Shown: positions 8,190 to 17,733 of the stretch, piece after piece | Layout of the letters: each line of letters starts with the position of its first letter | Position numbering within the stretch: position 1 is the stretch's first letter | Assembly: GCA_963422655.1 (NCBI GenBank) | Contig: OY730440.1 | Location: 1,908,054-1,972,053 of the forward strand | Reading direction: 5' to 3' | Length of the DNA: 64,000 nucleotides | DNA from: Acidimicrobiales bacterium | GTDB lineage: Bacteria; Actinomycetota; Acidimicrobiia; Acidimicrobiales; Aldehydirespiratoraceae | Position numbers and translations under genes: made by a program | Notes under the pieces: model-generated | The model's input: only the letters and a program-made list of their open reading frames with translations | What the model was told of the DNA's origin: nothing | The model's database searches: none

Positions 8190-10070
8190 ATGGCATACCA
8201 GTCGCTGTATCGTCGCTACCGGCCCCAGAGATTTGCTGAGATCAAAGGTCAGAGCCATCTCATTACGGCGCTGCAGACGGCGGTCGTGGCGAGTCGAGTC
8301 GGCCACGCCTATCTGTTTCACGGCCCGCGGGGCACGGGTAAGACGACCACGGCCCGGGTTCTGGCCAAGGCGCTGAACTGCACCGACCTGACCGACGGTG
8401 AGCCGTGTGGTGTCTGTGAGTCCTGCGTTTCTATCGGGCAGGGACGATCATTCGATCTTCACGAGCTCGACGCCGCGTCCAACAACAAGGTCGACGACAT
8501 GCGGGCTCTGCTGGAGCGGGTCAAGCTCGGCACTCCGGGCCGGGTCAAGGTGTACCTGCTCGATGAGGTGCACATGCTTTCTTCCGGAGCTGAGAACGCC
8601 TTGTTGAAAACCCTGGAGGAGCCGCCTGATCACGTCACCTGGGTGCTGGCCACCACCGAAGTCCACAAGGTGGCAGAGACGGTTCGCAGTCGTTGCCAGG
8701 TCTTCGAGCTCGCCTTGCTGGGGGCTGACGTCCTGGCCGAACACGTGCGTTTCGTAGCCGATGACGCCGGTTTGGATATCACCGACGAGATCGTCGAGTA
8801 CGTGGTGACGACTGGGGCCGGGTCGGTCCGGGACGCGCTCAGTACTCTCGACCGGGTCACGGCGGCCGGGGGTATAGCCGAGGTCGACGACTCCATCGAG
8901 CGAGTCCTCGACGGATTGACCGACCAGAATCCGGCGGCGGTGCTGGGGGCGGTGAGCGATGCCCTGGGCGGGGGCCGTGACCCGCGCCGCATAGGTGAGC
9001 AGGTGTTGAGCGCGGTGCGTAACGCCTTTCTGGTTGCTATGGGTGCGTCGCCGTCACGGCTGACCACCGATGAGCGGGCTCGAGCCGATGCCTTGGCGGC
9101 GCGGCTGGCCCCGCCCTTGTTGACCAGGGTTCTCGAGACCCTGGGTGTGGCGCTGGTCGAAATGCGCAAGTCTGTCGATGCCAGGATCGATTTGGAAGTG
9201 GCGCTGATACGGCTGTGTCGGCCTGACGCCGATCCCACCCTGGACGAGCTGAAGGATCGGGTGGCCCGGCTCGAAGCCGAGTTGTCGAGCCGCCCGGCTG
9301 GTGCACCGACCCGAGCGAGCCCGCCGACCCGAGCGAGCCCGGCTGGTACCGGAGCCGCTGGGCTCGCCGGTGTCGAGGCATCTGGTACCAGCGCCGCTCC
9401 CGGAGCGGCCGGGCCCGCCGGTGTCGAGGCATCTGGAGCCACCGGCGCCGGGCCGGTTCACGATGGAACCCGAGAAACCGATCCCGGCGACGGCCGACCC
9501 TTTGCCGAGGCTCGTCGGCTCCTGGCTGATCGTCGGGGCTCGGGCGGGGGGTCGGTATCGACGTCGGCTCCGGTGACGGAAACTCCGCCACCGCGGTCGG
9601 CGCCTCCCGTACCCTCGATCGATTTGTACGCACTGAAGCCCCGGACACCTACCGAAGTGGTGGATCTGGCCGGTCGGTATCTCGGCATGGACCGCGACGC
9701 GGTGGTGGCTCGGGCCAAAACCATGCTCGGCGGCGACGGACCCCGAGACGCCGAGGCTCTTGCACCGCTGTGGAAGAGCCTTGTCGATACCGCCGGTGCG
9801 GGCGTATCTGATCCCGAGCCAGCATCCGATGAACCCGAACCAGTCCTACCCGACTCTTCTGAGGTTCCCGATCCCGATCCCGTTCTCGTTCCCGATCCCG
9901 ATCCCGATCCCGATCCAGCGGCAGCGTCTCGTTCGGTCGATGCTGCTGATCCCGTTGAAGCCACCGATCGGGCCGAGGCCGCCGGTCCGATCGGCAGCCT
10001 GTTCGATCAGATCTCCGAAGTCTTCCCCGGTGCCGAACTGGTCACCATCGACAAGGACGACGCCCGGTGA
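8190..10070 (+). CDS. dnaX: DNA polymerase III subunit gamma/tau
   Basis: YRRYRPQRF, GPRGTGKTT, Zn cysteines, DEVHML, ALLKTLEEPP, SRC; low-complexity C-terminus. Confidence 0.96.
   Translation: MAYQSLYRRYRPQRFAEIKGQSHLITALQTAVVASRVGHAYLFHGPRGTGKTTTARVLAKALNCTDLTDGEPCGVCESCVSIGQGRSFDLHELDAASNNKVDDMRALLERVKLGTPGRVKVYLLDEVHMLSSGAENALLKTLEEPPDHVTWVLATTEVHKVAETVRSRCQVFELALLGADVLAEHVRFVADDAGLDITDEIVEYVVTTGAGSVRDALSTLDRVTAAGGIAEVDDSIERVLDGLTDQNPAAVLGAVSDALGGGRDPRRIGEQVLSAVRNAFLVAMGASPSRLTTDERARADALAARLAPPLLTRVLETLGVALVEMRKSVDARIDLEVALIRLCRPDADPTLDELKDRVARLEAELSSRPAGAPTRASPPTRASPAGTGAAGLAGVEASGTSAAPGAAGPAGVEASGATGAGPVHDGTRETDPGDGRPFAEARRLLADRRGSGGGSVSTSAPVTETPPPRSAPPVPSIDLYALKPRTPTEVVDLAGRYLGMDRDAVVARAKTMLGGDGPRDAEALAPLWKSLVDTAGAGVSDPEPASDEPEPVLPDSSEVPDPDPVLVPDPDPDPDPAAASRSVDAADPVEATDRAEAAGPIGSLFDQISEVFPGAELVTIDKDDAR
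9867..9916 (+). repeat. CCCGAT hexamer tract encoding (PD)n in dnaX
   Basis: Two CCCGAT runs; further 18-bp and ~60-bp duplications at 9306-9436. Confidence 0.8.
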
Positions 10071-10104
10071 GCGGCGTTGACAGGGGCCGTTTCGGAGTCG
10101 GGCC

Positions 10105-10710
10105 ATGAGCTACACGGTCACGGTCCAGACCCTCATCGACCAACTGGGTCGGTTGCCGGGGATCGGACCGAAATCGGCGCAACGAGTCGCCCTGCACCTT
10201 CTGAAGCTTCCGGCTGGCGATGCCAACCGCTTGGCTCGGGCCATCATCGACGCCAAGGAGAGGGTGTCGGTGTGCCCGCGGTGCTTCAACCTGGCCGAGG
10301 GCGGCGGTGAGTGCGCCATCTGTTCGGACCCTCGTCGGGATCAGAGCTGCATCTGCGTGGTGGAAGACCCCTCCGACATCGTGGCTGTGGAGCGAACCCG
10401 GCAGTTTCGGGGCCGTTACCACGTGTTGCAGGGGGCTTTCAGCCCTATCGACGGAGTGGGAGTGGAGCGCCTGCGGGTCAAAGAGCTGTGCGACCGTGTC
10501 GCCGCTGAGGGTGTCGTAGAGGTGATCGTCGCCACCAACCCCAACCTCGAGGGAGAGGCGACGGCCACATTGGTAGCCCGGTACCTGGCTTCACACGGTG
10601 TCCGCATCACCCGGATCGCCAGCGGGCTCCCGGTCGGCGGCGATCTCGAATACGCCGATGAACTCACCTTGGGCCTGGCTCTGGAAGGCCGCCGGGTCCT
10701 CGACGGCTGA
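10105..10710 (+). CDS. recR: Recombination mediator RecR
   Basis: [11 protein letters not shown] HhH, C4 zinc finger, TOPRIM ([17 protein letters not shown]). Confidence 0.97.
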   Translation: MSYTVTVQTLIDQLGRLPGIGPKSAQRVALHLLKLPAGDANRLARAIIDAKERVSVCPRCFNLAEGGGECAICSDPRRDQSCICVVEDPSDIVAVERTRQFRGRYHVLQGAFSPIDGVGVERLRVKELCDRVAAEGVVEVIVATNPNLEGEATATLVARYLASHGVRITRIASGLPVGGDLEYADELTLGLALEGRRVLDG

Positions 10711-10737
10711 GAAGGTTGTCTCGACATCGGGGCGATG

Positions 10738-10858
10738 CAAACAGATGGAGCCCCGTCACGCTGACCGGGGGGTGAACGGGGGGGATGAACACGGCCCGGC
10801 GGAACCGCATGACGAGGCTCCATCGCACTTCGAGGAGGAGGGTGGACCTCGACGTGTT
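10738..10858 (-). ncRNA. Candidate sRNA with C-rich loops (6C/F6-like architecture)
   Basis: Two hairpins with CCUCC and C6-C7 loops downstream of TTGTAA-17-TAAAGT; ends stem+UGUUU; no credible ORF. Confidence 0.6.
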
Positions 10859-10864
10859 GCGGTT

Positions 10865-10893
10865 ACTTTACAATGTTGACGAAACAATTACAA
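10865..10893 (-). promoter_or_regulatory. Sigma-A-type promoter TTGTAA-N17-TAAAGT
   Basis: -35 at 10893-10888, -10 at 10870-10865, in an AT-rich patch. Confidence 0.65.
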
Positions 10894-10980
10894 TACCCTG
10901 CTAAAGATATTTTTTCTCGGCGGTCGGAATCGGTTGATCGATCTGATCCGGTTCGGGCCAGTGGTAGGTAATCTCAGATC

Positions 10981-11382
10981 GTGCTGCTCACCGAAATCGA
11001 TCATGTGGCCATTGCCGTACGAGATCTCGATGCCGCTGTGGACTACTACCGGAACGCCTTGGACGCCGAGGTGCACCACCGGGAGCTGGTGGAGGCCGAC
11101 GGGGTGGAGGAAGTGTTGCTGAAGGTGGCCGACAGTTACATCCAGCTCATTGCGGCCACCCGTTCGGATTCCCCTGTCGCCAAGTTCCTGGCCGCCAGGG
11201 GCGAAGGTCTGCACCACGTGGGTTACCGCGTCGAAGACTGTGCCGAGGCGCTGGCTCGGATGATCACGGCCGGGGCCACTCCCATCGATGCGACTCCCCG
11301 GCCCGGAAGCCGAGGCACGACAGTGGCCTTCGTTCATCCCAGAGGATCATTCGGAACTCTGATCGAGCTCGTCGAGGAGTAG
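10981..11382 (+). CDS. mce: Methylmalonyl-CoA epimerase
   Basis: IDHVAIAV, GEGLHHV, FVHP..GTLIELVE. Confidence 0.92.
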   Translation: MLLTEIDHVAIAVRDLDAAVDYYRNALDAEVHHRELVEADGVEEVLLKVADSYIQLIAATRSDSPVAKFLAARGEGLHHVGYRVEDCAEALARMITAGATPIDATPRPGSRGTTVAFVHPRGSFGTLIELVEE

Positions 11383-11390
11383 CCGGGACG

Positions 11391-12257
11391 GTGATGGTTC
11401 ATCTGGTTGACGGCACCTACGAGCTCTTCCGATTTCACTACGCCCCTTCGAACCGTGACCAGCGTTTCGGAGCGCAGCTAGGTGTGCTCAAGACGGTCCT
11501 CGATCTCGTCTCCGATGGCGCCACCCACATCGGGATCGCTACCGATCACGTCATCGAGTCGTTCCGCAATGATCTGTGGCCCGATTACAAGGACGGATCC
11601 GGGGTGGAGCCCGATCTGGCCGCTCAGTTTCGTGAAGTCGAGGAACTGCTGGAGCTGGCCGGCTTCGCGGTCTGGCCCCAAGTCGCCTATGAGGCCGATG
11701 ACGCCTTGGCTGCGGCCGCAGCAATGGCCGCGGCCGACGTTCGTGTCGAGCAGGTGATCATCTGCACGCCCGACAAGGACTTGGCCCAGTGCGTCACCAG
11801 AGACGGCCGAGTGGTCCAGTACGACCGGCGACGAGGCGTTCTCTACGACCACGCCGGGGTGATCGAGAAGTTCGGCGTTACGCCGGAGTCGATTCCCGAT
11901 TACCTGGCTGCGGTGGGCGATTCTGCTGACGGCTTCCCCGGCCTCCCCGGCTGGGGAGCCAAGTCCGCAGCCACCGTCCTGGCCCGTTACGGTCACATCA
12001 CCGAGATACCACTGGACCCGGCCCAGTGGGACATCGAGGTACGGGGCGGGGCTCGACTGGCCCGGTCGCTCCGGGAGAACTTCAACGACGCGGTCTTGTT
12101 CCGTCGGATCGCCACGGTCGACCTCGCCGCTCCGGTGGCGGCCACGGTCGACGACCTGGCCTGGTCCGGTCCGGCCGCCGGGCTCGATGATTTCTGTGCT
12201 GCGCTCGGGGCCGAGCTGCTCGCAGCCCGGGCCCACCAACTGTCGGCTCGGCCGTGA
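11391..12257 (+). CDS. Stand-alone 5'-3' (flap) exonuclease, PolI N-terminal family
   Basis: LVDGT, EADD, TPDKDLAQ, GDSADGFPGLPGWG. Confidence 0.92.
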   Translation: MMVHLVDGTYELFRFHYAPSNRDQRFGAQLGVLKTVLDLVSDGATHIGIATDHVIESFRNDLWPDYKDGSGVEPDLAAQFREVEELLELAGFAVWPQVAYEADDALAAAAAMAAADVRVEQVIICTPDKDLAQCVTRDGRVVQYDRRRGVLYDHAGVIEKFGVTPESIPDYLAAVGDSADGFPGLPGWGAKSAATVLARYGHITEIPLDPAQWDIEVRGGARLARSLRENFNDAVLFRRIATVDLAAPVAATVDDLAWSGPAAGLDDFCAALGAELLAARAHQLSARP

Positions 12258-12296
12258 ACGGCCCGGTTGCGAAGATGCAGTCCTACCCGACCACCT

Positions 12297-13397
12297 TCAA
12301 CCCGCCTTGGGCCCGCTTCGATCCGCTGCGGCCAGTACCTCGCTGATTCCGATCGGTACGGGCACCTCCACTTGGTCGAACCGGCACGAGCTCGCAATGC
12401 GGTCGGGGCGCCAGCGCACCAATCGAGTGGTGCCGCGGAAGCGACCGTTGAGCATCGCTTCGTATCTGACTTCGGCAACCAGCTCGATACGAACCGGGGT
12501 CCATCCTCGATCACCCCGAACCGACGACCAGCGGTTGGGGGTGCCGGGCATCGTCGTGCCGCCAGCGTGGGCGTCCGGGTTCATCCAGGCCGCCCACGGG
12601 TGATCGGCGGGATCGGGTAGAACATAGGGGGCCAGCTCGTCCATCAGCTCGCCTCGCCGCCGGGCGGTGAAGCTGGCCGCCACGCCGCAATGGTGCAGGT
12701 TGCCCTCACCGTCGTACAGTCCGACGAGCAGCGATCCCACACCCTTGCCGTCGGCGTGCAGCCGGTAGCCAGCTACCGCAACGTCGACAGTGCGGGTGTG
12801 TTTCACCTTGAACTGGGCTCTCTTGTCGGGCCGATAGGGGTCGTCGCGAGGTTTGGCCATGAGACCGTCGAGCCCGGCACCCTCGAATCGCACATACCAG
12901 TCGTGGGCCATGTCGCGTTCCAGAGTGGATGGGGCCAGATGGACGGGCGGAGCGAAGGCCCTGCTCAACGTTTCCAGCACCCTTCGCCGGTCACGGAATG
13001 GCTCCGCCATGAGATCGGTGGCGCCCACGGCCAAGACATCGAAAACCATGAGCTCGGCCGGAGTCTCGTCCGCCAGCCGATCGACCCGGCTCCGGGCGGG
13101 GTGGATGCGCTGCTGGAGAGCGTCGAAGCCCAGACGGTCGTCGTCGAGTCGAACCACGATCTCACCGTCGATCACGGCTTTGTCGGGGAGCCCGGCCGTC
13201 AAGGGCTCGAGCAACTCGGGGAAGTAGCGGGTGAGCGGGCGTTCGTTGCGGCTGCCGAGCTCGATCTCGTCGCCGTCTCGGAATACGATGCAGCGGAAGC
13301 CGTCCCATTTCGGCTCGAAGGCCAGGTCTCCTTCGGGGATCCGGTCCACGGCTCGGGCCAGCATCGGCTTCACCGGTGGCATCACGGGCAGATCCAC
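12297..13397 (-). CDS. ligC: ATP-dependent DNA ligase, LigC type
   Basis: PPVKPMLA, EPKWDGFR, GLDGLMAK, RWRPDR. Confidence 0.92.
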   Translation of the reverse strand: MDLPVMPPVKPMLARAVDRIPEGDLAFEPKWDGFRCIVFRDGDEIELGSRNERPLTRYFPELLEPLTAGLPDKAVIDGEIVVRLDDDRLGFDALQQRIHPARSRVDRLADETPAELMVFDVLAVGATDLMAEPFRDRRRVLETLSRAFAPPVHLAPSTLERDMAHDWYVRFEGAGLDGLMAKPRDDPYRPDKRAQFKVKHTRTVDVAVAGYRLHADGKGVGSLLVGLYDGEGNLHHCGVAASFTARRRGELMDELAPYVLPDPADHPWAAWMNPDAHAGGTTMPGTPNRWSSVRGDRGWTPVRIELVAEVRYEAMLNGRFRGTTRLVRWRPDRIASSCRFDQVEVPVPIGISEVLAAADRSGPKAG

Positions 13398-13420
13398 GTC
13401 TGTGATCCTACGATGCCGCC

Positions 13421-14566
13421 ATGACCTTGGAAATCCGGCCCTTCGAGATCGACATCGGCGACAGTGAGATCGCCGATCTCCACCACCGGTTGCAACGCAC
13501 CCGCTGGCCCGAAGCCGAGGTGGTCGCCGACTGGTCCCAGGGCATTCCTCTCGCCTACCTCCAGGACGTGTGCGAGTACTGGGCCACCGGTCACGACTGG
13601 AATCGTTGCCAGACCCGGCTCAACTCCAAGCCCAACTATCTCACCAGCATTGACGGGCTCGACATCCACTTCCAACACATCCGGTCCCCCCACTCCGGCG
13701 CCCTGCCCATGATCATCACCCACGGCTGGCCCGGCTCCGTCGTCGAGTTCCAGAAGGTGATCGACCCGCTCACCGATCCGACCTCCCATGGCGGGGATGC
13801 AGCCGATGCCTTCCACCTCGTGCTGCCTTCGCTGCCGGGCTACGGGTGGAGCCAGAAGCCGTCGAAGTCGGGAACCGGGGTGGAGCAGATCGCGGCCATG
13901 TGGAACGAGCTGATGGCGCGCCTCGGCTATGACAGCTACGTGGCCCAGGGCGGTGACTGGGGTTCGGCTGTCACCACCTGCATCGGAATCCAGAACCTGG
14001 GGGCGTGCCGGGCCATCCACACCAACATGGTGGTGGCCGGCCCCTCGCCCGAGATGCTCGAGGGCCTGACCGAATCAGAGCAAGCCTGCATGGATGCCCT
14101 CAGCTACTACGGCCGGTGGGACTCCGGGTACTCCAAGCAGCAGTCGACCCGGCCCCAAACCATCGGTTACAGCCTGGTGGACTCACCGGCCGGTCTGGCC
14201 GCTTGGATACTGGAGAAGTTCTGGTCCTGGACCGACCGGGATCGCCCCCTCGAGGAGTCGTTCAGCCGTGATGAACTCCTCGACAACGTGTCGGTGTACT
14301 GGTTCACTGCTACCGGGGCGTCATCGGCCCGTCTCTACTGGGAGAGCTTCGACTCCTTCGGGGCCACGCCGGAAACCGTTGACATCCCCACGGCCTGCAG
14401 CATCTTTCCCAATGAGGTCATCAGCGCCAGCCGCCGGTGGGCGGCCCGACGCTACACCGATATCCGCTACTGGAACGAGCTGTCGGCGGGGGGACATTTC
14501 GCCGCCTTCGAGCAGCCCGACCTGTTCGTCACCGAGATGCGATCGGCATTCCGGGCCCGGCGCTGA
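13421..14566 (+). CDS. Epoxide hydrolase (microsomal-type alpha/beta hydrolase)
   Basis: HGWPGS, QGGDWG, GGHFAAFEQP. Confidence 0.95.
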   Translation: MTLEIRPFEIDIGDSEIADLHHRLQRTRWPEAEVVADWSQGIPLAYLQDVCEYWATGHDWNRCQTRLNSKPNYLTSIDGLDIHFQHIRSPHSGALPMIITHGWPGSVVEFQKVIDPLTDPTSHGGDAADAFHLVLPSLPGYGWSQKPSKSGTGVEQIAAMWNELMARLGYDSYVAQGGDWGSAVTTCIGIQNLGACRAIHTNMVVAGPSPEMLEGLTESEQACMDALSYYGRWDSGYSKQQSTRPQTIGYSLVDSPAGLAAWILEKFWSWTDRDRPLEESFSRDELLDNVSVYWFTATGASSARLYWESFDSFGATPETVDIPTACSIFPNEVISASRRWAARRYTDIRYWNELSAGGHFAAFEQPDLFVTEMRSAFRARR

Positions 14567-14649
14567 CCGGGGGAGTCGGCCCGGCCCGGTCAGGGGCGTG
14601 GGACCGGTCGGCGCAGTTCCCCGGCCGAGTCAGGGGCTGTGGGGCCGGT

Positions 14650-15834
14650 TCAAGTGCGGCGACCTCGGTCGGTTCGTTTCAAGAAGTTGTCGAAGAGGGG
14701 GACGGTGAAGGCTGTCTCGCCATGAGCGGGACTGTAGATCACGCCTTTGCTGATCAGTCCTGAACGGCGGGGGGCGACGGAGTTGACCTGCACGCCCAGC
14801 TCGGCAGCTATGTCACCGGATCGGTGGGGACCGGGGCCGATCTCGGCCATGGCTTGCAGGTACTCTCGTTCCTTGCGGGTGAGGCGGTCGTAACGGACGC
14901 GGAAGAAGTCCCGGTCGAGCTTGTCGATGACATCGGCTCGTGCTGCGTGTACGTCGTTGCCGGTGATGGGGTCAGCCGGCGCCGCGTTCCAAGTGTGATA
15001 TCCCCATTCTTGCAGGAAGTAAGGGTAACCCTGTGACTCCGCGACGATCAGCTCGACACCGGCTGGTTCGAATCGGACGCCGAGGGCCCGGGCCGGACAG
15101 TCGATGGCCTTGGCTGCGTCGTCAGGGTCCAGCTTGCCGATTTCGGGAAGCTCGAAGAGCCGCTCGGCATAGGATCTTGCCTTGCCGAGCTGCCCCGGAA
15201 GCTGGGGCAGGCCCGCCCCGGCCAGCACGACCGGCAGATCGAGTTGGGTCGTTCGATGGATGGCAGCGATCAGACCGGCCAGCTCGCTTTCTTCGAGATA
15301 CTGCAACTCGTCGACGGCCAGCAGCAGCCCCGAGTCACAAGCTGAGGCTGCCTCACCGACCGCTGCTAACAGATCGGTCAGGTCGTCCGCCAGCAATCCC
15401 GAGTCGGCCCGGCCCGGTAAAGGCTTAACCCCTACCTTGATCGAAGACCCGGTGGGAAGGGTGTGAGTGGTGGTGAACGAGCTGAGCACCCTGATCGCAA
15501 GCTCGACAGCCCGGCGAATCACATCCTTGCCTTCGTTCAGCTCCAAGAGTATCCGACGTATCCGACTGGCCAGCAGTTCTCCGAAATCGCTGGTCTCGGA
15601 TGCCTCGATGAATCCCGATCGCATTCCTTGGTCAGCAGCGACCGCCATGAAGCGGTTCAACAACACAGTTTTGCCCACACCCCGCAGCCCGATAGCGATA
15701 CAACTCTTGCCCGGCCGCCGGTCGAGTGCCCTCCGAACGGTGATCTCGAAGTTGTCGATCAACTCGTCGCGTCCGATCAGCGTTGGCGGTGCCGATCCGG
15801 CTCCGGGCCGGTAGGGATTCTCGAAGCGATCCAT
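14650..15834 (-). CDS. Orphan AAA+ ATPase with C-terminal winged HTH
   Basis: NPYRPG, Walker A GLRGVGKT, Walker B LLAVDELQ, GYPYFLQ, wHTH-like tail. Confidence 0.85.
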   Translation of the reverse strand: MDRFENPYRPGAGSAPPTLIGRDELIDNFEITVRRALDRRPGKSCIAIGLRGVGKTVLLNRFMAVAADQGMRSGFIEASETSDFGELLASRIRRILLELNEGKDVIRRAVELAIRVLSSFTTTHTLPTGSSIKVGVKPLPGRADSGLLADDLTDLLAAVGEAASACDSGLLLAVDELQYLEESELAGLIAAIHRTTQLDLPVVLAGAGLPQLPGQLGKARSYAERLFELPEIGKLDPDDAAKAIDCPARALGVRFEPAGVELIVAESQGYPYFLQEWGYHTWNAAPADPITGNDVHAARADVIDKLDRDFFRVRYDRLTRKEREYLQAMAEIGPGPHRSGDIAAELGVQVNSVAPRRSGLISKGVIYSPAHGETAFTVPLFDNFLKRTDRGRRT

Positions 15835-15970
15835 ATCAACGGAAGTTACTGAATCTTATCCATCTTATTCAGCACTATGAGAATCTGTCTGATTAAACAT
15901 AAGATCTGCATAATTCAACCCAGGGACCGCTTCGGGGGTGTTCGCGGCCGCAACGGTAATCTTGTGGGCC

Positions 15971-17527
15971 GTGAGCGATGGATCGATGCAGGAAAAACTC
16001 GACGATCTGCGGTCTCGTAGAGCCCAGGCCCTTTCGGCTGGCCCGGCCCGGGCGGTTCAGCGTCAGCACTCCAAGGGCAAGATGCTGGCCCGAGAACGGA
16101 TCGACTACCTGCTCGATGACGGTTCGTTCCACGAGCTCGACATGCTGGCCCGGCATCGGGCTCACGAAGCCGGCCTCGATGACCGCCCCTACACCGATGG
16201 GGTGATCACGGGTTGGGGTGAGATCGACGGCCGCAAGGTGTTCGTGTTCGCGCAGGACTTCACCGTGATGGGCGGAGCGCTCGGAGAGGTGTTCGCGGAG
16301 AAGCTTCACAAGGTCATGGATCTGGCTCTGGCTACCGGAGCTCCCGTAGTGGGGCTCAACGACGGGGCCGGCGCCCGTATCCAGGAGGGTGTCGTTTCCC
16401 TCGACGGCTACGGCGGCATCTTCTACCGCAACGTGCAAGCGTCGGGGGTCATACCTCAGATATCGGTGATCCTCGGGCCGTGCGCGGGGGGTGCCGTGTA
16501 CAGCCCGGCTATGACCGACTTCATTTTCATGGTGCGGGAGAAGTCGCACATGTTCATCACCGGTCCTGACGTGGTAAAGACCGTCACTGGCGAAGAAGTG
16601 ACCTTGGAGGAGCTGGGGGGTGCGGTCAGCCACGGCACCAAGTCGGGGGTGGCCACCTTTGTCGCGGCCAGCGAGCACGAGGTTCTCGACGACGTCAAGA
16701 CTCTGCTTTCGTTCCTGCCGTCCAACAATCTCGAACAACCGCCGGTGTACAAGTCGGCTGACGACCCCGACCGGCTCTGCGGGGCGCTGGCGACGGTTCT
16801 CCCCGACAGCCCCAACGTCCCCTACGACATGAAGTCGGTGATAACCGGGGTCGTCGACGACGGAGACTTCTTCGAGTACCACCCTTCTTGGGCTCGCAGC
16901 GTTGTGTGCGGGTTTGCCCGGATCGACGGACGCTCGGTCGGGGTGGTGGGCAATCAGCCCGCCGTTCTGGCCGGGGTGCTCGATATCGAGTCGGCTGAGA
17001 AGGCAGCCCGGTTCGTCCGCACCTGTGATGCTTTCAACATCGCCTTGATCACCTTTGTCGACGTACCCGGTTTCCTGCCCGGCGTCGATCAGGAGCACGG
17101 CGGTATCATCCGCCACGGCGCCAAGCTGCTCTACGCCTATTGCGAAGCCACCGTCCCCCGTATCTCGGTGATAGTGCGCAAGGCTTATGGTGGAGCTTAC
17201 GTGGTGATGGACTCCAAGGGAGTGGGCTCGGATTTGTCCTTTGCCTGGCCGTCAGCGGAGATCGCGGTGATGGGTTCGCAGGGGGCAGTGGAGATCCTTC
17301 ACCGCCGGGAACTGGCCCGAGCCGACGACCCGACTCGCCTTCGCGATCGGCTCGCCGATGATTACAGGAACCGGTTGACTCACCCCTACATCGCGGCTGA
17401 ACGCGGTTTCGTCGACGATGTCTTCGAACCACCGGAAACCCGGCGCAAGATCGTGGCCGGTCTGCGGATGCTGGCATCCAAGCAGGAGGGGATCATCGAG
17501 CGCAAGCACGGGAACGTGCCGCTGTGA
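15971..17527 (+). CDS. pccB: Acyl-CoA (propionyl-CoA) carboxylase beta subunit
   Basis: GARIQEG, GPCAGGAVYSPA, DVPGFLPG, RKAYGGA, KHGNVPL. Confidence 0.93.
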   Translation: MSDGSMQEKLDDLRSRRAQALSAGPARAVQRQHSKGKMLARERIDYLLDDGSFHELDMLARHRAHEAGLDDRPYTDGVITGWGEIDGRKVFVFAQDFTVMGGALGEVFAEKLHKVMDLALATGAPVVGLNDGAGARIQEGVVSLDGYGGIFYRNVQASGVIPQISVILGPCAGGAVYSPAMTDFIFMVREKSHMFITGPDVVKTVTGEEVTLEELGGAVSHGTKSGVATFVAASEHEVLDDVKTLLSFLPSNNLEQPPVYKSADDPDRLCGALATVLPDSPNVPYDMKSVITGVVDDGDFFEYHPSWARSVVCGFARIDGRSVGVVGNQPAVLAGVLDIESAEKAARFVRTCDAFNIALITFVDVPGFLPGVDQEHGGIIRHGAKLLYAYCEATVPRISVIVRKAYGGAYVVMDSKGVGSDLSFAWPSAEIAVMGSQGAVEILHRRELARADDPTRLRDRLADDYRNRLTHPYIAAERGFVDDVFEPPETRRKIVAGLRMLASKQEGIIERKHGNVPL

Positions 17528-17733
17528 GTGGCGGGGTGTCGGTACCGGCCGTCCCGCCTTCGGGTCTGGTGATCACGCCGGCCCCGACCCCCGACGAGCT
17601 TGCCGCCATCTTGGCCGTCTGCGAGATGCTTTGGCCCGACCTCGACGAGGTGAAGATTCCGGGCCCCTCGGTGGCTTGGCGATACGCAGGTCGCCCTTGG
17701 CGCCGTCGACGGCGCTACGGCGGCTGGGCCTGA
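17524..17733 (+). CDS. Acyl-CoA carboxylase epsilon subunit
   Basis: PTPDELAAILAV and a W/R-rich tail; GTGA overlap with pccB. Confidence 0.75.
   Translation: MSGGVSVPAVPPSGLVITPAPTPDELAAILAVCEMLWPDLDEVKIPGPSVAWRYAGRPWRRRRRYGGWA

Noticed and set aside
10070-10105. No ybaB between dnaX and recR
   Set aside because: Common gene-order variation
14563-14650. Inverted and degenerate direct repeats between convergent genes
   Set aside because: Best explained as a terminator region; no second copy seen in the window
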